A stretch of 64,000 bases of DNA from Nitrososphaerota archaeon (GTDB lineage Archaea > Thermoproteota > EX4484-205 > JAAOZP01), in contig JAAOZP010000012.1 in the NCBI GenBank assembly GCA_011605725.1, positions 74,238 to 138,237 on the forward strand, read 5' to 3'. The notes under the pieces are model-generated. The model did not search any database, was not told the origin of the DNA, and was given only the letters and a program-made list of their open reading frames with translations. The translations under genes were made by a program, and so were the position numbers. Shown piece after piece: positions 48,434 through 58,710 of this stretch. Positions within the stretch are counted from its first letter, which is position 1. The number at the start of each line of letters is the position of its first letter.

Positions 48434-50392
48434 ATGAAGGATAGGGTCTTCCCAGTTTTCAAGAAACCCGGGAAGCTCAGGGTACTTGACGTCCGGCCGT
48501 ATTCTTGGCATGAACAGATGACAATAACCTGCGCGCAAGGATTGATAAACCGTGTGAAGCCAAGGGTTTACCTAGTGTTCGACGATTATGTTGACAGACT
48601 ATGGCTGTCAATCTACGGGAAAAGATACGGAGTGAAGCATGAGGAGGTTAACAATATTTACGAGCTACTGTCATCCTTTAGAAGGGAAATAGCAGGGTTC
48701 GTGGTTTACGATGAGAACATGCTGCATTCTGCAAACGTAGCAATGACGTATGGAAGCATCCATAATGCGGTTCCAGCGTCCCCAGGGGTTGCGGAAAAGC
48801 TTTCGGAAGCAGGCTTCAGGAAGATAGCTGATTTCAGAGGCAAATGGGGAAATAGGATTGAAGCCTACGAATGGGCTTTTCAAAACCTGATGCAGCAGTG
48901 CAATAAAAGGATTGTTGGAAGCATGTGTGTAGACCCTCCTTTAACATCATTCACGAATAAGCATCATGTTAGAGACTATCTCGTTGCAGTGAAAGCATTC
49001 TCCTTCGACCTCTCCACTAAGATTAGGGACCGCCGTGAAGTAGAATTGTTCGACAGGATACTTAGCTCTTTCGACTCGCTAGGAGTGGTTTTAGGATGGC
49101 ACTGCATCAGGGACCTTGAGTCGGAGGCTGTTGCAAGAGCATCTGCAAACGGCTTCTTCGTGCTTTGCAACCTGCATTCTCCAAACCTGACTGTCCACTC
49201 AGGCGTGAAGACCAGTTTCAAGTTTAAACAGAGGCATGTTAAGAAAGTAATGCTGGAGGAAAAGGTTTACGTGGCCTTCATACAGTCTGATGGAGACGCT
49301 GTTTGGGCAATGAACAATTTTCAAAACCTTAACTGGCTTGACAGCCAGAGGGGAAGATTCCCCTACACATGGGAGATTCAACCCTTGCTGCTGGACCTAG
49401 CACCCGGGATTCTGGAACACTATTACAGGACTGCGACTTTAAACGATTATTTTATAGCTGGACCTTCGGGAGCAGGCTATACTGCACCCAGTGTTAACAA
49501 GCGTCTTGACGAGTTCCTTGAGCACACTAAGAGGTATATGGAGGCATGTGATTTAAGGTCAATATTAATCATGAACCGTAACCCCCGGGTGGCCTACCAG
49601 GAGCTTGAAGACCCTAAGGTTTCTGAGGCTTTTGCTAAAAAGCTTGAAAACTGTTACGGGTTTCTGCATGGCTACTCAGGATCGGCTTTCGAGCCAGCGT
49701 TCTTCTTTAACAGTAAGCCGTATTTTCACACAACGCTCTACGCCTCCGCTTCAACAGATATTTTGAAAGAGCTGAAGCGGCTTGTGGAAGACTGCGAAAC
49801 ACGACCATTATTCGTCTCAATCCACGTTAGAGAAGAGGTTAAAATGCCAGTCTTACGCAGCGTGATAGAGAAGCTTGACAGTGAAACATATAGGGTTGTG
49901 AAAATGGATGAGTTCATGCTTACCTTGAAAAAGGCTTATGAAAAAGGCCTGTTTAAACAGGGCTTTTCAGAATCAGCCAGGGAATCTCTTAGGGAAAACG
50001 GTAAAACAATTTGGGAAACATACCACCGAAGAGTTGAACGCTTGGAGAGGCTTGTCGAAATGGATGAGCAAAGAATGCTGGCGGAGTACAACTCGGACGG
50101 ATACGGTTTCACCGTAGAGGAGTTGCCGGATCTTCTGGCTTACGATGCGGTTGAGATAGCACTACGGCTTGTTCAGGCAGCGTTAAACATGAAGGGTGTT
50201 TACGTGAATAATGTTGAGAAGAGCGTTAAGGACTTTCTGAAGGAGTATAGCGAGCTTCCAGGCGCCCAGATTGTTGAAACAGTTTTCGAAACCTGGAGGA
50301 ACTGGGAGAGAACCAGGAGTAGCATGGAGGAAGCAAGGACACTGGCGAGAAGAGTAGTTGGGTTTGCGAAGGCTCTTGAGGAGAAAATTTAG
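48434..50392 (+). CDS. GxGYxYP-like putative glycoside hydrolase with C-terminal helical extension
   Basis: 652 aa; contains AGPSGAGYTAP, close to the family-defining GxGYxYP motif; weak assignment. Confidence 0.4.
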   Translation: MKDRVFPVFKKPGKLRVLDVRPYSWHEQMTITCAQGLINRVKPRVYLVFDDYVDRLWLSIYGKRYGVKHEEVNNIYELLSSFRREIAGFVVYDENMLHSANVAMTYGSIHNAVPASPGVAEKLSEAGFRKIADFRGKWGNRIEAYEWAFQNLMQQCNKRIVGSMCVDPPLTSFTNKHHVRDYLVAVKAFSFDLSTKIRDRREVELFDRILSSFDSLGVVLGWHCIRDLESEAVARASANGFFVLCNLHSPNLTVHSGVKTSFKFKQRHVKKVMLEEKVYVAFIQSDGDAVWAMNNFQNLNWLDSQRGRFPYTWEIQPLLLDLAPGILEHYYRTATLNDYFIAGPSGAGYTAPSVNKRLDEFLEHTKRYMEACDLRSILIMNRNPRVAYQELEDPKVSEAFAKKLENCYGFLHGYSGSAFEPAFFFNSKPYFHTTLYASASTDILKELKRLVEDCETRPLFVSIHVREEVKMPVLRSVIEKLDSETYRVVKMDEFMLTLKKAYEKGLFKQGFSESARESLRENGKTIWETYHRRVERLERLVEMDEQRMLAEYNSDGYGFTVEELPDLLAYDAVEIALRLVQAALNMKGVYVNNVEKSVKDFLKEYSELPGAQIVETVFETWRNWERTRSSMEEARTLARRVVGFAKALEEKI

Positions 50393-50397
50393 AAGCT

Positions 50398-50781
50398 TCA
50401 GCATGCTAGAAGCAAAGCGATAGCTATCGCAACGTCACTCGTCCTATCATGGCTTAAGCTGATTAAAACTCTTCTAGCACCCTTCTCGCGGAGAAGATTG
50501 AGAAGCGGTTCACTCATAACTATTCTGACCTCCGAGTTGACCGTTTCAGTCTCAACACCCCTCCACCCTAGCCGGCTTCTGCTAGCATGACCTATGGCTT
50601 TGAAAACCGCCTCTTTGGCTGCAAACCTTGCGGCTAGCTTCTCGTAGGGACAGCCCGATTGAAAACAGTATTCAATCTCCCTATCTGTGAAAACCCTTTT
50701 TAGAAAACGTTCACCGCCCTTCTCTATAGCCTTCTTAACCCTGTTTATCGAAACAGCATCAACGCCAACCCCGGTTATCAA
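50398..50781 (-). CDS. acpS: Holo-[acyl-carrier-protein] synthase (4'-phosphopantetheinyl transferase)
   Basis: 127 aa; MITGVGVDAVSINRV...KEAVFKAIG pattern typical of AcpS. Confidence 0.7.
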   Translation of the reverse strand: MITGVGVDAVSINRVKKAIEKGGERFLKRVFTDREIEYCFQSGCPYEKLAARFAAKEAVFKAIGHASRSRLGWRGVETETVNSEVRIVMSEPLLNLLREKGARRVLISLSHDRTSDVAIAIALLLAC

Positions 50782-50795
50782 GCCTATCTGAAAGT

Positions 50796-51041
50796 TCAGC
50801 AGCCTGCTTGAGCCAGCTTCCTCTTTATGTATTCAACAACCTGACCCACTGTCTGGTTTTTCTCAGCCTCCTCCTCAGGAATCTCCAGGTTGAAAGCCTC
50901 TTCGAAGGCTGCGATCAGCTCAACAGTATCTATTGACTCAGCCATAAGGTCGTCCACGAGAGAAGTGTCGTCCTTCAAGCTTTCAACACTAACACGGAAG
51001 TGTTCAGCTATAATCTTCTTAACCTTCTCCTCAACCGACAT
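50796..51041 (-). CDS. Acyl carrier protein
   Basis: 81 aa acidic four-helix protein; phosphopantetheine-attachment context DDLMAESIDTVEL. Confidence 0.65.
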   Translation of the reverse strand: MSVEEKVKKIIAEHFRVSVESLKDDTSLVDDLMAESIDTVELIAAFEEAFNLEIPEEEAEKNQTVGQVVEYIKRKLAQAGC

Positions 51042-51042
51042 T

Positions 51043-52323
51043 CTACATACCTCCTCGCTCCATTCTCATCTCCGCCTTCCTTATTAAAGTTTCCCTCTCC
51101 TCTCTAGTGTCCTGATATATTTTCTCAAGCATCCTGACGTAGCTCTCCGACATTACGACAGACCTTCTCGACATGACTCTCTTCTCCGCTTCAACAGTCC
51201 TTCTGAAGCCAGCACCCCTTCTCAACCTTCCTTCAGCATACCAAGAGAAGCTTGGAATATACTTGGGAAGAACCTCCCCGCCTAGGAGGACGCATGCTAC
51301 TCCGACAACGGTTCCAGTGTTCAGCAGGCAACCTATGCCGAACTTCGTATGGTCTCCTATGAAGCTGCCAACCTTCAGGTCACCAGTATCCATTAACCTA
51401 CCTTTCACGTAGACGTCGACATTACTGTAATCATTCTTAAGATCACTATTAGTAGTCAGGGCGCCGATGTTAACCCATTCACCAACGTAAGCATGGCCCA
51501 GGAAACCAGTGTGATACTTGTTAGAATAACCGTGGATGATGCTTGCCTCAACCTCTCCCCCAACCCTGCAGACAGGCCCTATCGTTGTCTCCTCCCTTAT
51601 GTTTCCACGGACAATCCAAGTATTCCTCCCAATGTAGCAGGGTCCTTCGACACGGCTGAACGGATATATGCGTGCATCCTCGTCAACTATTATTGGGCCG
51701 GAGCTAGTGTCTAGAACAACGAAAGGATGTATAACTGCATTTTTACTAACGTGAAGCATACTCTTTTCTCCGACGACAGCAACCTTCTCGTCTAAGGATC
51801 CAGCCCCCTCCTGCTTAGACCAGTATGCTTCAAAATCCTCCTTCAGCATTTCGTGATTATACTGGATAAGGTGCCACGGGTATTCTACCATCCGGGCGTC
51901 AACCTGCTTAACGCTCAGCTCAGACCTAAGATTCTCAACAGTCTTCTGAAAAGTATCTGAAAGTTTTCTTCTAACTGTTTCCCTCTTGACGTGAATATAT
52001 ACTATATCATCCTTGCACATCGCGATGACCTCGTCTTTCTCAAACGGGAGATGGCCGTGCTCAGGAAGCCACCTACCGTTAACCAGAATAGCATCATCCC
52101 TACTCAGATCCTGAAGGCTGTTCACAACAACGTCTCCAAGCCTTTCTCTCAGAACAGGAGCCAAATAGTCCCTTAGGAAGAAAGAGGTCTCGACACCGGG
52201 ATGAGTCCTCCTGATTCTTTCAACAAGCGTCATCGACCCGCATCTCAGCTCGAAAGTAGCTCTTGTAAGCGTCAACGGGTAGAGAAGGTCATACTTCTCA
52301 TCCTCGAACACGCAGACCTTCAA
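51043..52323 (-). CDS. Left-handed beta-helix (hexapeptide-repeat) protein with nucleotidyltransferase-like N-terminal domain
   Basis: 426 aa; N-terminus MKVCVFEDEKYDLLYPLT resembles sugar-nucleotidyltransferase-like domains; central region has hexapeptide-like repeats. Confidence 0.5.
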   Translation of the reverse strand: MKVCVFEDEKYDLLYPLTLTRATFELRCGSMTLVERIRRTHPGVETSFFLRDYLAPVLRERLGDVVVNSLQDLSRDDAILVNGRWLPEHGHLPFEKDEVIAMCKDDIVYIHVKRETVRRKLSDTFQKTVENLRSELSVKQVDARMVEYPWHLIQYNHEMLKEDFEAYWSKQEGAGSLDEKVAVVGEKSMLHVSKNAVIHPFVVLDTSSGPIIVDEDARIYPFSRVEGPCYIGRNTWIVRGNIREETTIGPVCRVGGEVEASIIHGYSNKYHTGFLGHAYVGEWVNIGALTTNSDLKNDYSNVDVYVKGRLMDTGDLKVGSFIGDHTKFGIGCLLNTGTVVGVACVLLGGEVLPKYIPSFSWYAEGRLRRGAGFRRTVEAEKRVMSRRSVVMSESYVRMLEKIYQDTREERETLIRKAEMRMERGGM

Positions 52324-52358
52324 TTCGCCTCACCACTGCCACAACATGGGATTCTTTT

Positions 52359-53570
52359 TTAATGGTTTAATAAGTGTTTCCTAGTCTCCTCAGCTATAGC
52401 AAGCTCCTCATCAGTCGGTATAACTAGAACCTTAACCCTAGACTGCCTACTGCTTATCACCCCAGTTCTGCCCACTGTCACCCTATTCGCATCCTCGTCA
52501 ATCATTAAACCTAGGAAACTCATGTTGTCACATATCATTCTCCTTATGAGAGGATCGTTCTCACCTATCCCGCCTGTGAAAACAAGTATGTCGAGCCCAC
52601 CCAACACTACGGTGTAAGCACCTATATACTTTTTAGCCCTGTAGGCAAAGATATCTAGGGCAAGCCTAGCCCTTTTGCTGCCAGCCTCAGCCTCCCTCTC
52701 CACATCCCTAATATCGTTGCTAACACCCGAGACACCAAGGAGCCCACTCTTCTTGTTAAGAATGTCTTCAACCTCCCTGGGGGAGAAGCCCTCGCCGATC
52801 AGGTAGAAAACTATCGACGGGTCTATGTCCCCGCTTCTAGTACCCATGACCAGGCCTTCCAACGGGGTGAAACCCATGCTAGTATCTATTGACCGTCCGT
52901 TTTTAATAGCGGTTATGCTGCAGCCGTTTCCGAGATGACAAGTCACCATCCTGAGCTTCTCAAGAGGCTTGCCAAGTATCTCGGCAGCCCTGTGAGCAAC
53001 ATACCTGTGGCTTGTCCCGTGAAACCCGTATCTCCTTATTCCGAACTTCTCGTAAAGCTCGTAAGGTATGGCGTAGAGATAAGCTGTCTCCGGCATAGTC
53101 TGGTGGAAAGCGGTGTCGAACACCGCTACCTGGGGGACTTTTGGAAGAAGGCTTCGCGCAGCCTCTATACCAGCTATGTTCGGAGGATTATGGAGCGGAG
53201 CCAGGTAAGCCCATTTCCTAAGGGCCTCCAGAACCTTTTCGTCGACAACCGTGGCTTCGAAGAAAGAATCCCCGCCGTGAACAACCCTGTGTCCAACTGC
53301 AACTATTTCCTCGAGTGAAGCAATAGCCTTCGGCTCAGCATCGAGGAGAACCCTGAGAATAAGCTCAAGGCCCTGCCTGTGGTTGGAAACATCAACCTCG
53401 CTTCTAGACACGATTCCACGAACCTCATGTTTTAAAACCGCCGGCCTGCTTCCGATTCTCTCCAGCAGGCCGCTGGCAACACCCGTCAATAAATCAGCGT
53501 CGAAAAGCTTGTACTTTATTGATGAGCTACCGCAGTTCACGACAAGTATTTTCCCCGGCAACCCTTTCAC
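52359..53570 (-). CDS. ackA: Acetate kinase
   Basis: 403 aa; N-terminal [16 protein letters not shown] and full-length ASKHA-fold pattern. Confidence 0.9.
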   Translation of the reverse strand: MKGLPGKILVVNCGSSSIKYKLFDADLLTGVASGLLERIGSRPAVLKHEVRGIVSRSEVDVSNHRQGLELILRVLLDAEPKAIASLEEIVAVGHRVVHGGDSFFEATVVDEKVLEALRKWAYLAPLHNPPNIAGIEAARSLLPKVPQVAVFDTAFHQTMPETAYLYAIPYELYEKFGIRRYGFHGTSHRYVAHRAAEILGKPLEKLRMVTCHLGNGCSITAIKNGRSIDTSMGFTPLEGLVMGTRSGDIDPSIVFYLIGEGFSPREVEDILNKKSGLLGVSGVSNDIRDVEREAEAGSKRARLALDIFAYRAKKYIGAYTVVLGGLDILVFTGGIGENDPLIRRMICDNMSFLGLMIDEDANRVTVGRTGVISSRQSRVKVLVIPTDEELAIAEETRKHLLNH

Positions 53571-54571
53571 CCGGCTGACTGCGCTAGAACGGAGACAACA
53601 GCCATAGCTCCAACGATGTCTTCAACCTTAGCACCCCTTGAAAGATCGCTGACGGGCTTCTTGAAACCCTGGAGAATAGGACCGTAGGCTCCTGCTCCAG
53701 CCACGTGTTGAGTAAGCTTGTACGCTATGTTTCCAGCATTCAGATCGGGAAATATAAGGATGTTAGCCCTGCCGGCTACCGGGCCGAGATCTTTCATCTT
53801 CTTCCTGGCAACATCCATCACGAGCGCCGCGTCAGCCTGAAGCTCCCCGTCAACCTTGATCTCGGGCGCCCGCTTCTTAACGATCTCGGTTGCTCGAACC
53901 ACCTTATCCACAAGAGGATGTACTGCACTACCCTTGGTTGAGAATGAGAGCATCGCTACCCTCGGCTCCCAGCCTAGGAGCCTACTGACGCTTCTAGCTG
54001 TGGATACAGCTATGTCCGCAAGCTGCTCAGGAGTTGGATCCGGATTTACCGCAGCGTCAGCGTAAACCAGGACACCGTTTTCACCAATATTCTTGTTCCC
54101 GGTCTCCATTATGAAGAAGCTTGAAGGTGTTTCAACCCCCTTCTCATACCCAATTACAAGATGGCTGGCTTTAATAACGTTTGCAGTAGTGGTGGAGGCA
54201 CCGGCAACCATCGCGTCAGCCAAACCCGTCTTAACCATCATGCAGGCAAAATAAAGCGGCTTGCTGAGTATTCTTCTCGCAACAGCCTCGCTGACACTCT
54301 TCTCCTCCCGGGCCCTGCAATACTCCTTGACAAAACCGTCTAAATAGCCGGAGGCCGCTAAGTCTACGACTTCAACACCGGTTAAGGATAAGCCCAGCGA
54401 AGCAGCGTTCTTCTCCACGGTTTCTCTCGAGCCTAACAGTATTGGTTTTGCAATACCCTGCTCCACGGAGGCGGCGGCTGCCCTCAGTATCCTTTCATCC
54501 TCAGGCTCAGGTAGAATAATCCTCATAGGCTTCTCCCTAGCCCTGTTCTTTATCAGCTGGATTACTGACAA
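53567..54571 (-). CDS. pta: Phosphate acetyltransferase (short form)
   Basis: 334 aa; N-terminus [16 protein letters not shown]...KPILLG typical of Pta; stop overlaps the ackA start by 4 nt. Confidence 0.85.
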   Translation of the reverse strand: MSVIQLIKNRAREKPMRIILPEPEDERILRAAAASVEQGIAKPILLGSRETVEKNAASLGLSLTGVEVVDLAASGYLDGFVKEYCRAREEKSVSEAVARRILSKPLYFACMMVKTGLADAMVAGASTTTANVIKASHLVIGYEKGVETPSSFFIMETGNKNIGENGVLVYADAAVNPDPTPEQLADIAVSTARSVSRLLGWEPRVAMLSFSTKGSAVHPLVDKVVRATEIVKKRAPEIKVDGELQADAALVMDVARKKMKDLGPVAGRANILIFPDLNAGNIAYKLTQHVAGAGAYGPILQGFKKPVSDLSRGAKVEDIVGAMAVVSVLAQSAG

Positions 54572-54772
54572 TCTGCGGCTGGAAACCCGGAGAATTTAAT
54601 AAACTTTTTGCGTTAAGCGTCTCATCACCTGGTGTGCAGCATTGCTGGGCGTAACACTATCTTAGGCGGAACATGGTTCATCTTTCTAATCTTCAGCTGC
54701 ATGCATCAACATTAACTCAGAAATAACTGGTTAGAAAGCCTTTTAAAAGGAGGAACCAGTAGTATTTTCGGG

Positions 54773-55837
54773 ATGAAAATAAGGTCCATAACGCTTTTCG
54801 CAGCATCCGGGGAAATGCAGAGCGTTAGAGAACGCGTCTCAAACCTGGGCTCAATGCTTTCATTCAACATAGAATCAATGTTTCTGTCGGAAAGCGTTTG
54901 GAGCACGAGGGTTGCGCTTCCACCCTTAAGCGAGCAGGAAACCCCTATGAAGAGAGCCTCTCAGCTTCTTGATCTAAACGTTGTAAACTATGCTTCAATA
55001 GGTCAGGTTGAGGATGCGCATCCGGCTTTAGAGGAGGTTGTGGAGGTTGTTGAAAACGGGCTCTACGTTTCTATAAACATGAGGAGCACAGATAGGATTA
55101 AGAGTATTGAAAAGGTTTTGAGAAAAGCATGTGAGAAAAACCCTTCTAACGGAAGCCGGATATGTGTCAACATGGGTGGAGACATATTTACACCATATTT
55201 TCCTTCAGCATGCAACCTGCATGGTGAAGAAGGATTAGCAATATCTCTACTGTATCCCAGTCTCCTCAGACACAAGCATTTAAACCAGTTTCAAGACATT
55301 CTCGCCGAAGTTTACGCTTCAACCGAAAAAGTTGGTCTAAAGCTTTCCGAAAGGCTTGGGATCAATTACTACGGGGTTGACGCCTCACTGTCACCCTGGA
55401 TGGAGGAGAGCGTCGCAGAGATCATTGAGTTCGCCTCAGGGGTTAGAATACCGCTTCCAGGAACCCTCAGCACGATTAGAGAGATAAACAGCCTTATAAG
55501 GAGTGCTGTTAAAACGGCTGGGATAAGGGCGACAGGCTACAATGAGGTCATGCTGCCGGTTGCTGAAGATAATGTTTTGAAGGAGAGGGTTGCGGCGGGA
55601 GACGTTAAGCTCAGGGACCTTGTATACTTGGCTTCAGCATGCGTCTCCGGAGTCGATATGGTTGTGGTCTCAGACAATGCTCCTAGCAGGATTATAGAGG
55701 GAGTTTTTAAAGACCTTTTTGAAATAAGCATGTTGAAAGGCAGAGCCACCGGGTTGAGAATGATTTTCGCATCAGCAGAACCGGGTGAAACAGTTAAACT
55801 TAATTTCTTCGGGTGGACACCCGTTATATCGCCCTAA
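54773..55837 (+). CDS. Hypothetical protein, possibly DUF711/UPF0210-like
   Basis: 354 aa; N-terminal KIRSITLF resembles the IRTITMG start of UPF0210 proteins; weak. Confidence 0.3.
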   Translation: MKIRSITLFAASGEMQSVRERVSNLGSMLSFNIESMFLSESVWSTRVALPPLSEQETPMKRASQLLDLNVVNYASIGQVEDAHPALEEVVEVVENGLYVSINMRSTDRIKSIEKVLRKACEKNPSNGSRICVNMGGDIFTPYFPSACNLHGEEGLAISLLYPSLLRHKHLNQFQDILAEVYASTEKVGLKLSERLGINYYGVDASLSPWMEESVAEIIEFASGVRIPLPGTLSTIREINSLIRSAVKTAGIRATGYNEVMLPVAEDNVLKERVAAGDVKLRDLVYLASACVSGVDMVVVSDNAPSRIIEGVFKDLFEISMLKGRATGLRMIFASAEPGETVKLNFFGWTPVISP

Positions 55838-55868
55838 AGCTTTATATTCAGAGCAGGAGTATTAGGAG

Positions 55869-56084
55869 GTGATGGGGATAGTTCACAGGCCGGATGATAT
55901 TCTTAACAGGAGAAGACGTGTAGAGGTTGCTTTAAGAGACCTTAACCCCGGGGTTAGAGAGCTTGTTTTAAACATAGTGAACTCCTGGAAAGGAAGCAAA
56001 TCCATGGAGGATTTGAAGCGTGCCGTCGGTGAAGAAAAAGCTGTTAGAATTGTTGAAGAGCTAAGCCTGCCTGTAGACCAGTAG
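55869..56084 (+). CDS. Small hypothetical protein
   Basis: 71 aa ORF directly downstream of the preceding gene; no motif recognised. Confidence 0.25.
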   Translation: MMGIVHRPDDILNRRRRVEVALRDLNPGVRELVLNIVNSWKGSKSMEDLKRAVGEEKAVRIVEELSLPVDQ

Positions 56085-56188
56085 GCTGCGATAAACCATT
56101 TGAAGGTTAACGCTACCCACATCCGTATCATCGATACGTGTCAACAGCTTACGGTGAGGAAAACGGTTTCTCACAGATATTCCGAGGC

Positions 56189-57703
56189 TTAGCTTTTCTC
56201 AGCCGCGGATTTTTCAATCATAGAGCAGAAACGGACATAGGCTTCTTCGACAGCGTCATCATGCTCCGGCTCGAATTCTCTCAATTCAAACGAGTCTCCA
56301 ACTATCCGCCTAATATCCTTATGTGATTTAACAAAACCCATAGCGTATGCTTGCATAAGGATGTTGCCGATAGATGTTGCCTCCACCGGTCCAGCAACCA
56401 CTTTAACCCCGGTGAAATCAGCAGTAAGCTGGTTCAGCAACCAGTTTCTAGAACCGCCTCCGATAATGTTAATCCGGTTTATTTTTCTCCCAGTCAGTTC
56501 CATTATCCTTTCCAGAACAAGCCTGTATTTGAAGGCCAGGCTTTCAAGTATTACTCTAACAAGCTCACCCTCATCCCTAGGTTTCTCTTGGCTAGTTTCC
56601 TCTAAGTAGCTCACTATCTCCTCAACCATGTTTGCCGGAGCCATGAACCTCTCGTCGTCAGGATCGATGAAGGCTATGAATCTTCTCGACTTGCTTGCAA
56701 TCCTTGTTAGCTCATCGTAAGAATACTCCCGTCCTTGGCCCGCCCAGATCCTCCTGCATTGTTGAACCAGCCACATCCCCTGAACGTTACGCAGAAACCT
56801 GAATTTTCCGAAAACACCCCCCTCATTAGTGAAGTTATACTCGAGTGATTTTCTGCTTATTATTGGCTTATCCACCTCAACGCCTACTAGGGACCATGTT
56901 CCGGAACTAATGTAGGCTGAGCCTTCATCCTCCAGAAGCGCCGCCGCGACAGCTGAAGCCGTGTCATGGCAGGCAGGGGCTACGATTGAAACCCTGCTGC
57001 TAATGCCAAGCTCGCCAGCAAGACTCGTAGAAATCCCTTCAAGCACGGTTCCCGGTTTAACAATCTCGGGCAGAAAATGGGTTGGAATCCCGAGGTTCTC
57101 TAAGAGTTCATAATCCCAGTTGTTCTTAGAAGGGTTGAGGAACTGGGTTGTCGTAGCATCTGTAAACTCAGAGACCTTGACGCCGGATAGCCAGTAGTTG
57201 AACAAGTCCGGCATCATCAGGAACCTGCTTGCAGCGTTGAGAATCGAAGACCTGCTTAAAACCAGCGAGTACAACTGGTAGAGGGTGTTCAGCCGGAGAA
57301 ACTGTATACCTGTTCTGAAGTAGATTTCCTCCCTCGAAACCTTTTTAAAGATCTCTTCAAAAGCTCGCTCCGTCCTAGGATCCCTATAATGGTGAGGGTT
57401 TCCGAGGAGCTCGCCATTGCTGTCGAGAAAAGCAAAATCAACTCCCCACGTGTCGACACCGATGGACTCAAGGCTTCCGTTAAGCTTTGAATACGCCAGT
57501 GAAGCAGCATTCTTAATTTCACCCCATATCCTTAAAACATCCCAGAAAATACTTTCCCCCACCTTCACCGGTATGTTTGGAAACCTGTAAACCTCCTCCA
57601 CCGTTATCTTTCTCTCAGCCAGTATTCCGATTAAGGCTCTACCGCTCTCGGCCCCAAGGTCGAAGGCTAGAAAGGCAGGATGCCCCATGAGTCTTAAAAA
57701 CAT
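56189..57703 (-). CDS. FGGY-family carbohydrate kinase (rhamnulokinase-like)
   Basis: 504 aa; N-terminal FLAFDLGAESGRALIG typical of rhamnulokinase-type FGGY kinases. Confidence 0.7.
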   Translation of the reverse strand: MFLRLMGHPAFLAFDLGAESGRALIGILAERKITVEEVYRFPNIPVKVGESIFWDVLRIWGEIKNAASLAYSKLNGSLESIGVDTWGVDFAFLDSNGELLGNPHHYRDPRTERAFEEIFKKVSREEIYFRTGIQFLRLNTLYQLYSLVLSRSSILNAASRFLMMPDLFNYWLSGVKVSEFTDATTTQFLNPSKNNWDYELLENLGIPTHFLPEIVKPGTVLEGISTSLAGELGISSRVSIVAPACHDTASAVAAALLEDEGSAYISSGTWSLVGVEVDKPIISRKSLEYNFTNEGGVFGKFRFLRNVQGMWLVQQCRRIWAGQGREYSYDELTRIASKSRRFIAFIDPDDERFMAPANMVEEIVSYLEETSQEKPRDEGELVRVILESLAFKYRLVLERIMELTGRKINRINIIGGGSRNWLLNQLTADFTGVKVVAGPVEATSIGNILMQAYAMGFVKSHKDIRRIVGDSFELREFEPEHDDAVEEAYVRFCSMIEKSAAEKS

Positions 57704-57712
57704 AGTTATTTT

Positions 57713-58669
57713 TTAAGCTTTTTCCCGTTTAACTTTAAAGGATTTCGAGGCGTTCACAAGGTTTTCTAGAATGAGGAAAGCCAAGTCGTGTTTAGTCCTC
57801 CTCAACCCGCAATCAGGATGAATATAAGCCACGTTATCGATACCGATTTTCGAAGACACCTTGCTCACGATCTCCGCAGCCATTTCAGGAACTGTCAGAT
57901 CATCCTTCGATAAGACGTTTACCTTCATGCATCCTACTCCAATTTTCTTCCCAACCTCCTCCATAACGCTTCTAGACAGGAGATCAATGTTTCCAGAGGA
58001 GCCTGCAAACTCTAAACTGAGAATACTCACGTTTTTCGTCGCGCTTAGAGATTTTATTGTTTTCGCACTTAGCCTTCCGCAGACATGTATACTCGTCAGC
58101 TTAGGATCCAGGCCTTCGGTCGCAATGCTAAGGGGCTCCAATATTCTATCGGGGTCAAGAAAACCCGCGCTGATCCCGGGCTCATCTATCTGCGTCAAAC
58201 CGTCGTACGATTGAATAAGCTTAGCCACCTTGTTCACAACATGCGCAACATCATTATAGAGTTCGATATTCCTCACATTACCGTATGGTCCAGCGTTCTT
58301 CATCGCCGCTGAAAAAGCGAAGGTTATAGGCCCTGTTATACCAACTTTTAAACTATTTGAATAACCTTTTTCAGCAATATGCCTCCTCGCCTCAAGGAAA
58401 TCCACAACCTTGAAAGACTCTCCGATATTCGCCACTGGCTTTATTCTTCCAGTTAAGCAAATCCTCTCACCAGCCACCGTCACACCATGCATAGAGTTCG
58501 AAAGATAGGAGAGCATGTCTGTCCTCTGCTCTCCGTCGGACACTATATCTATGCCTGTCTTAACCTGAAGGTCCACGGCAAGCCTGATCGATGTTTCAAG
58601 GTCCTGGTGGAGCCTTGGGAGGCTTCCGATAACGGTCGTGGTTAAACGCATTAGTAGGGAATTCGCCAA
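57713..58669 (-). CDS. Cobalamin-independent methionine synthase-like protein (MetE C-terminal-domain type)
   Basis: 318 aa; N-terminal TTVIGSLPR matches the MetE catalytic-domain start; Zn-ligand-like Cys/His near the C-terminus. Confidence 0.6.
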   Translation of the reverse strand: MANSLLMRLTTTVIGSLPRLHQDLETSIRLAVDLQVKTGIDIVSDGEQRTDMLSYLSNSMHGVTVAGERICLTGRIKPVANIGESFKVVDFLEARRHIAEKGYSNSLKVGITGPITFAFSAAMKNAGPYGNVRNIELYNDVAHVVNKVAKLIQSYDGLTQIDEPGISAGFLDPDRILEPLSIATEGLDPKLTSIHVCGRLSAKTIKSLSATKNVSILSLEFAGSSGNIDLLSRSVMEEVGKKIGVGCMKVNVLSKDDLTVPEMAAEIVSKVSSKIGIDNVAYIHPDCGLRRTKHDLAFLILENLVNASKSFKVKREKA

Positions 58670-58710
58670 GCTTTCTTTTAAGCGTTTCAGCCCCGTGGAT
58701 ATAAAGCGGC

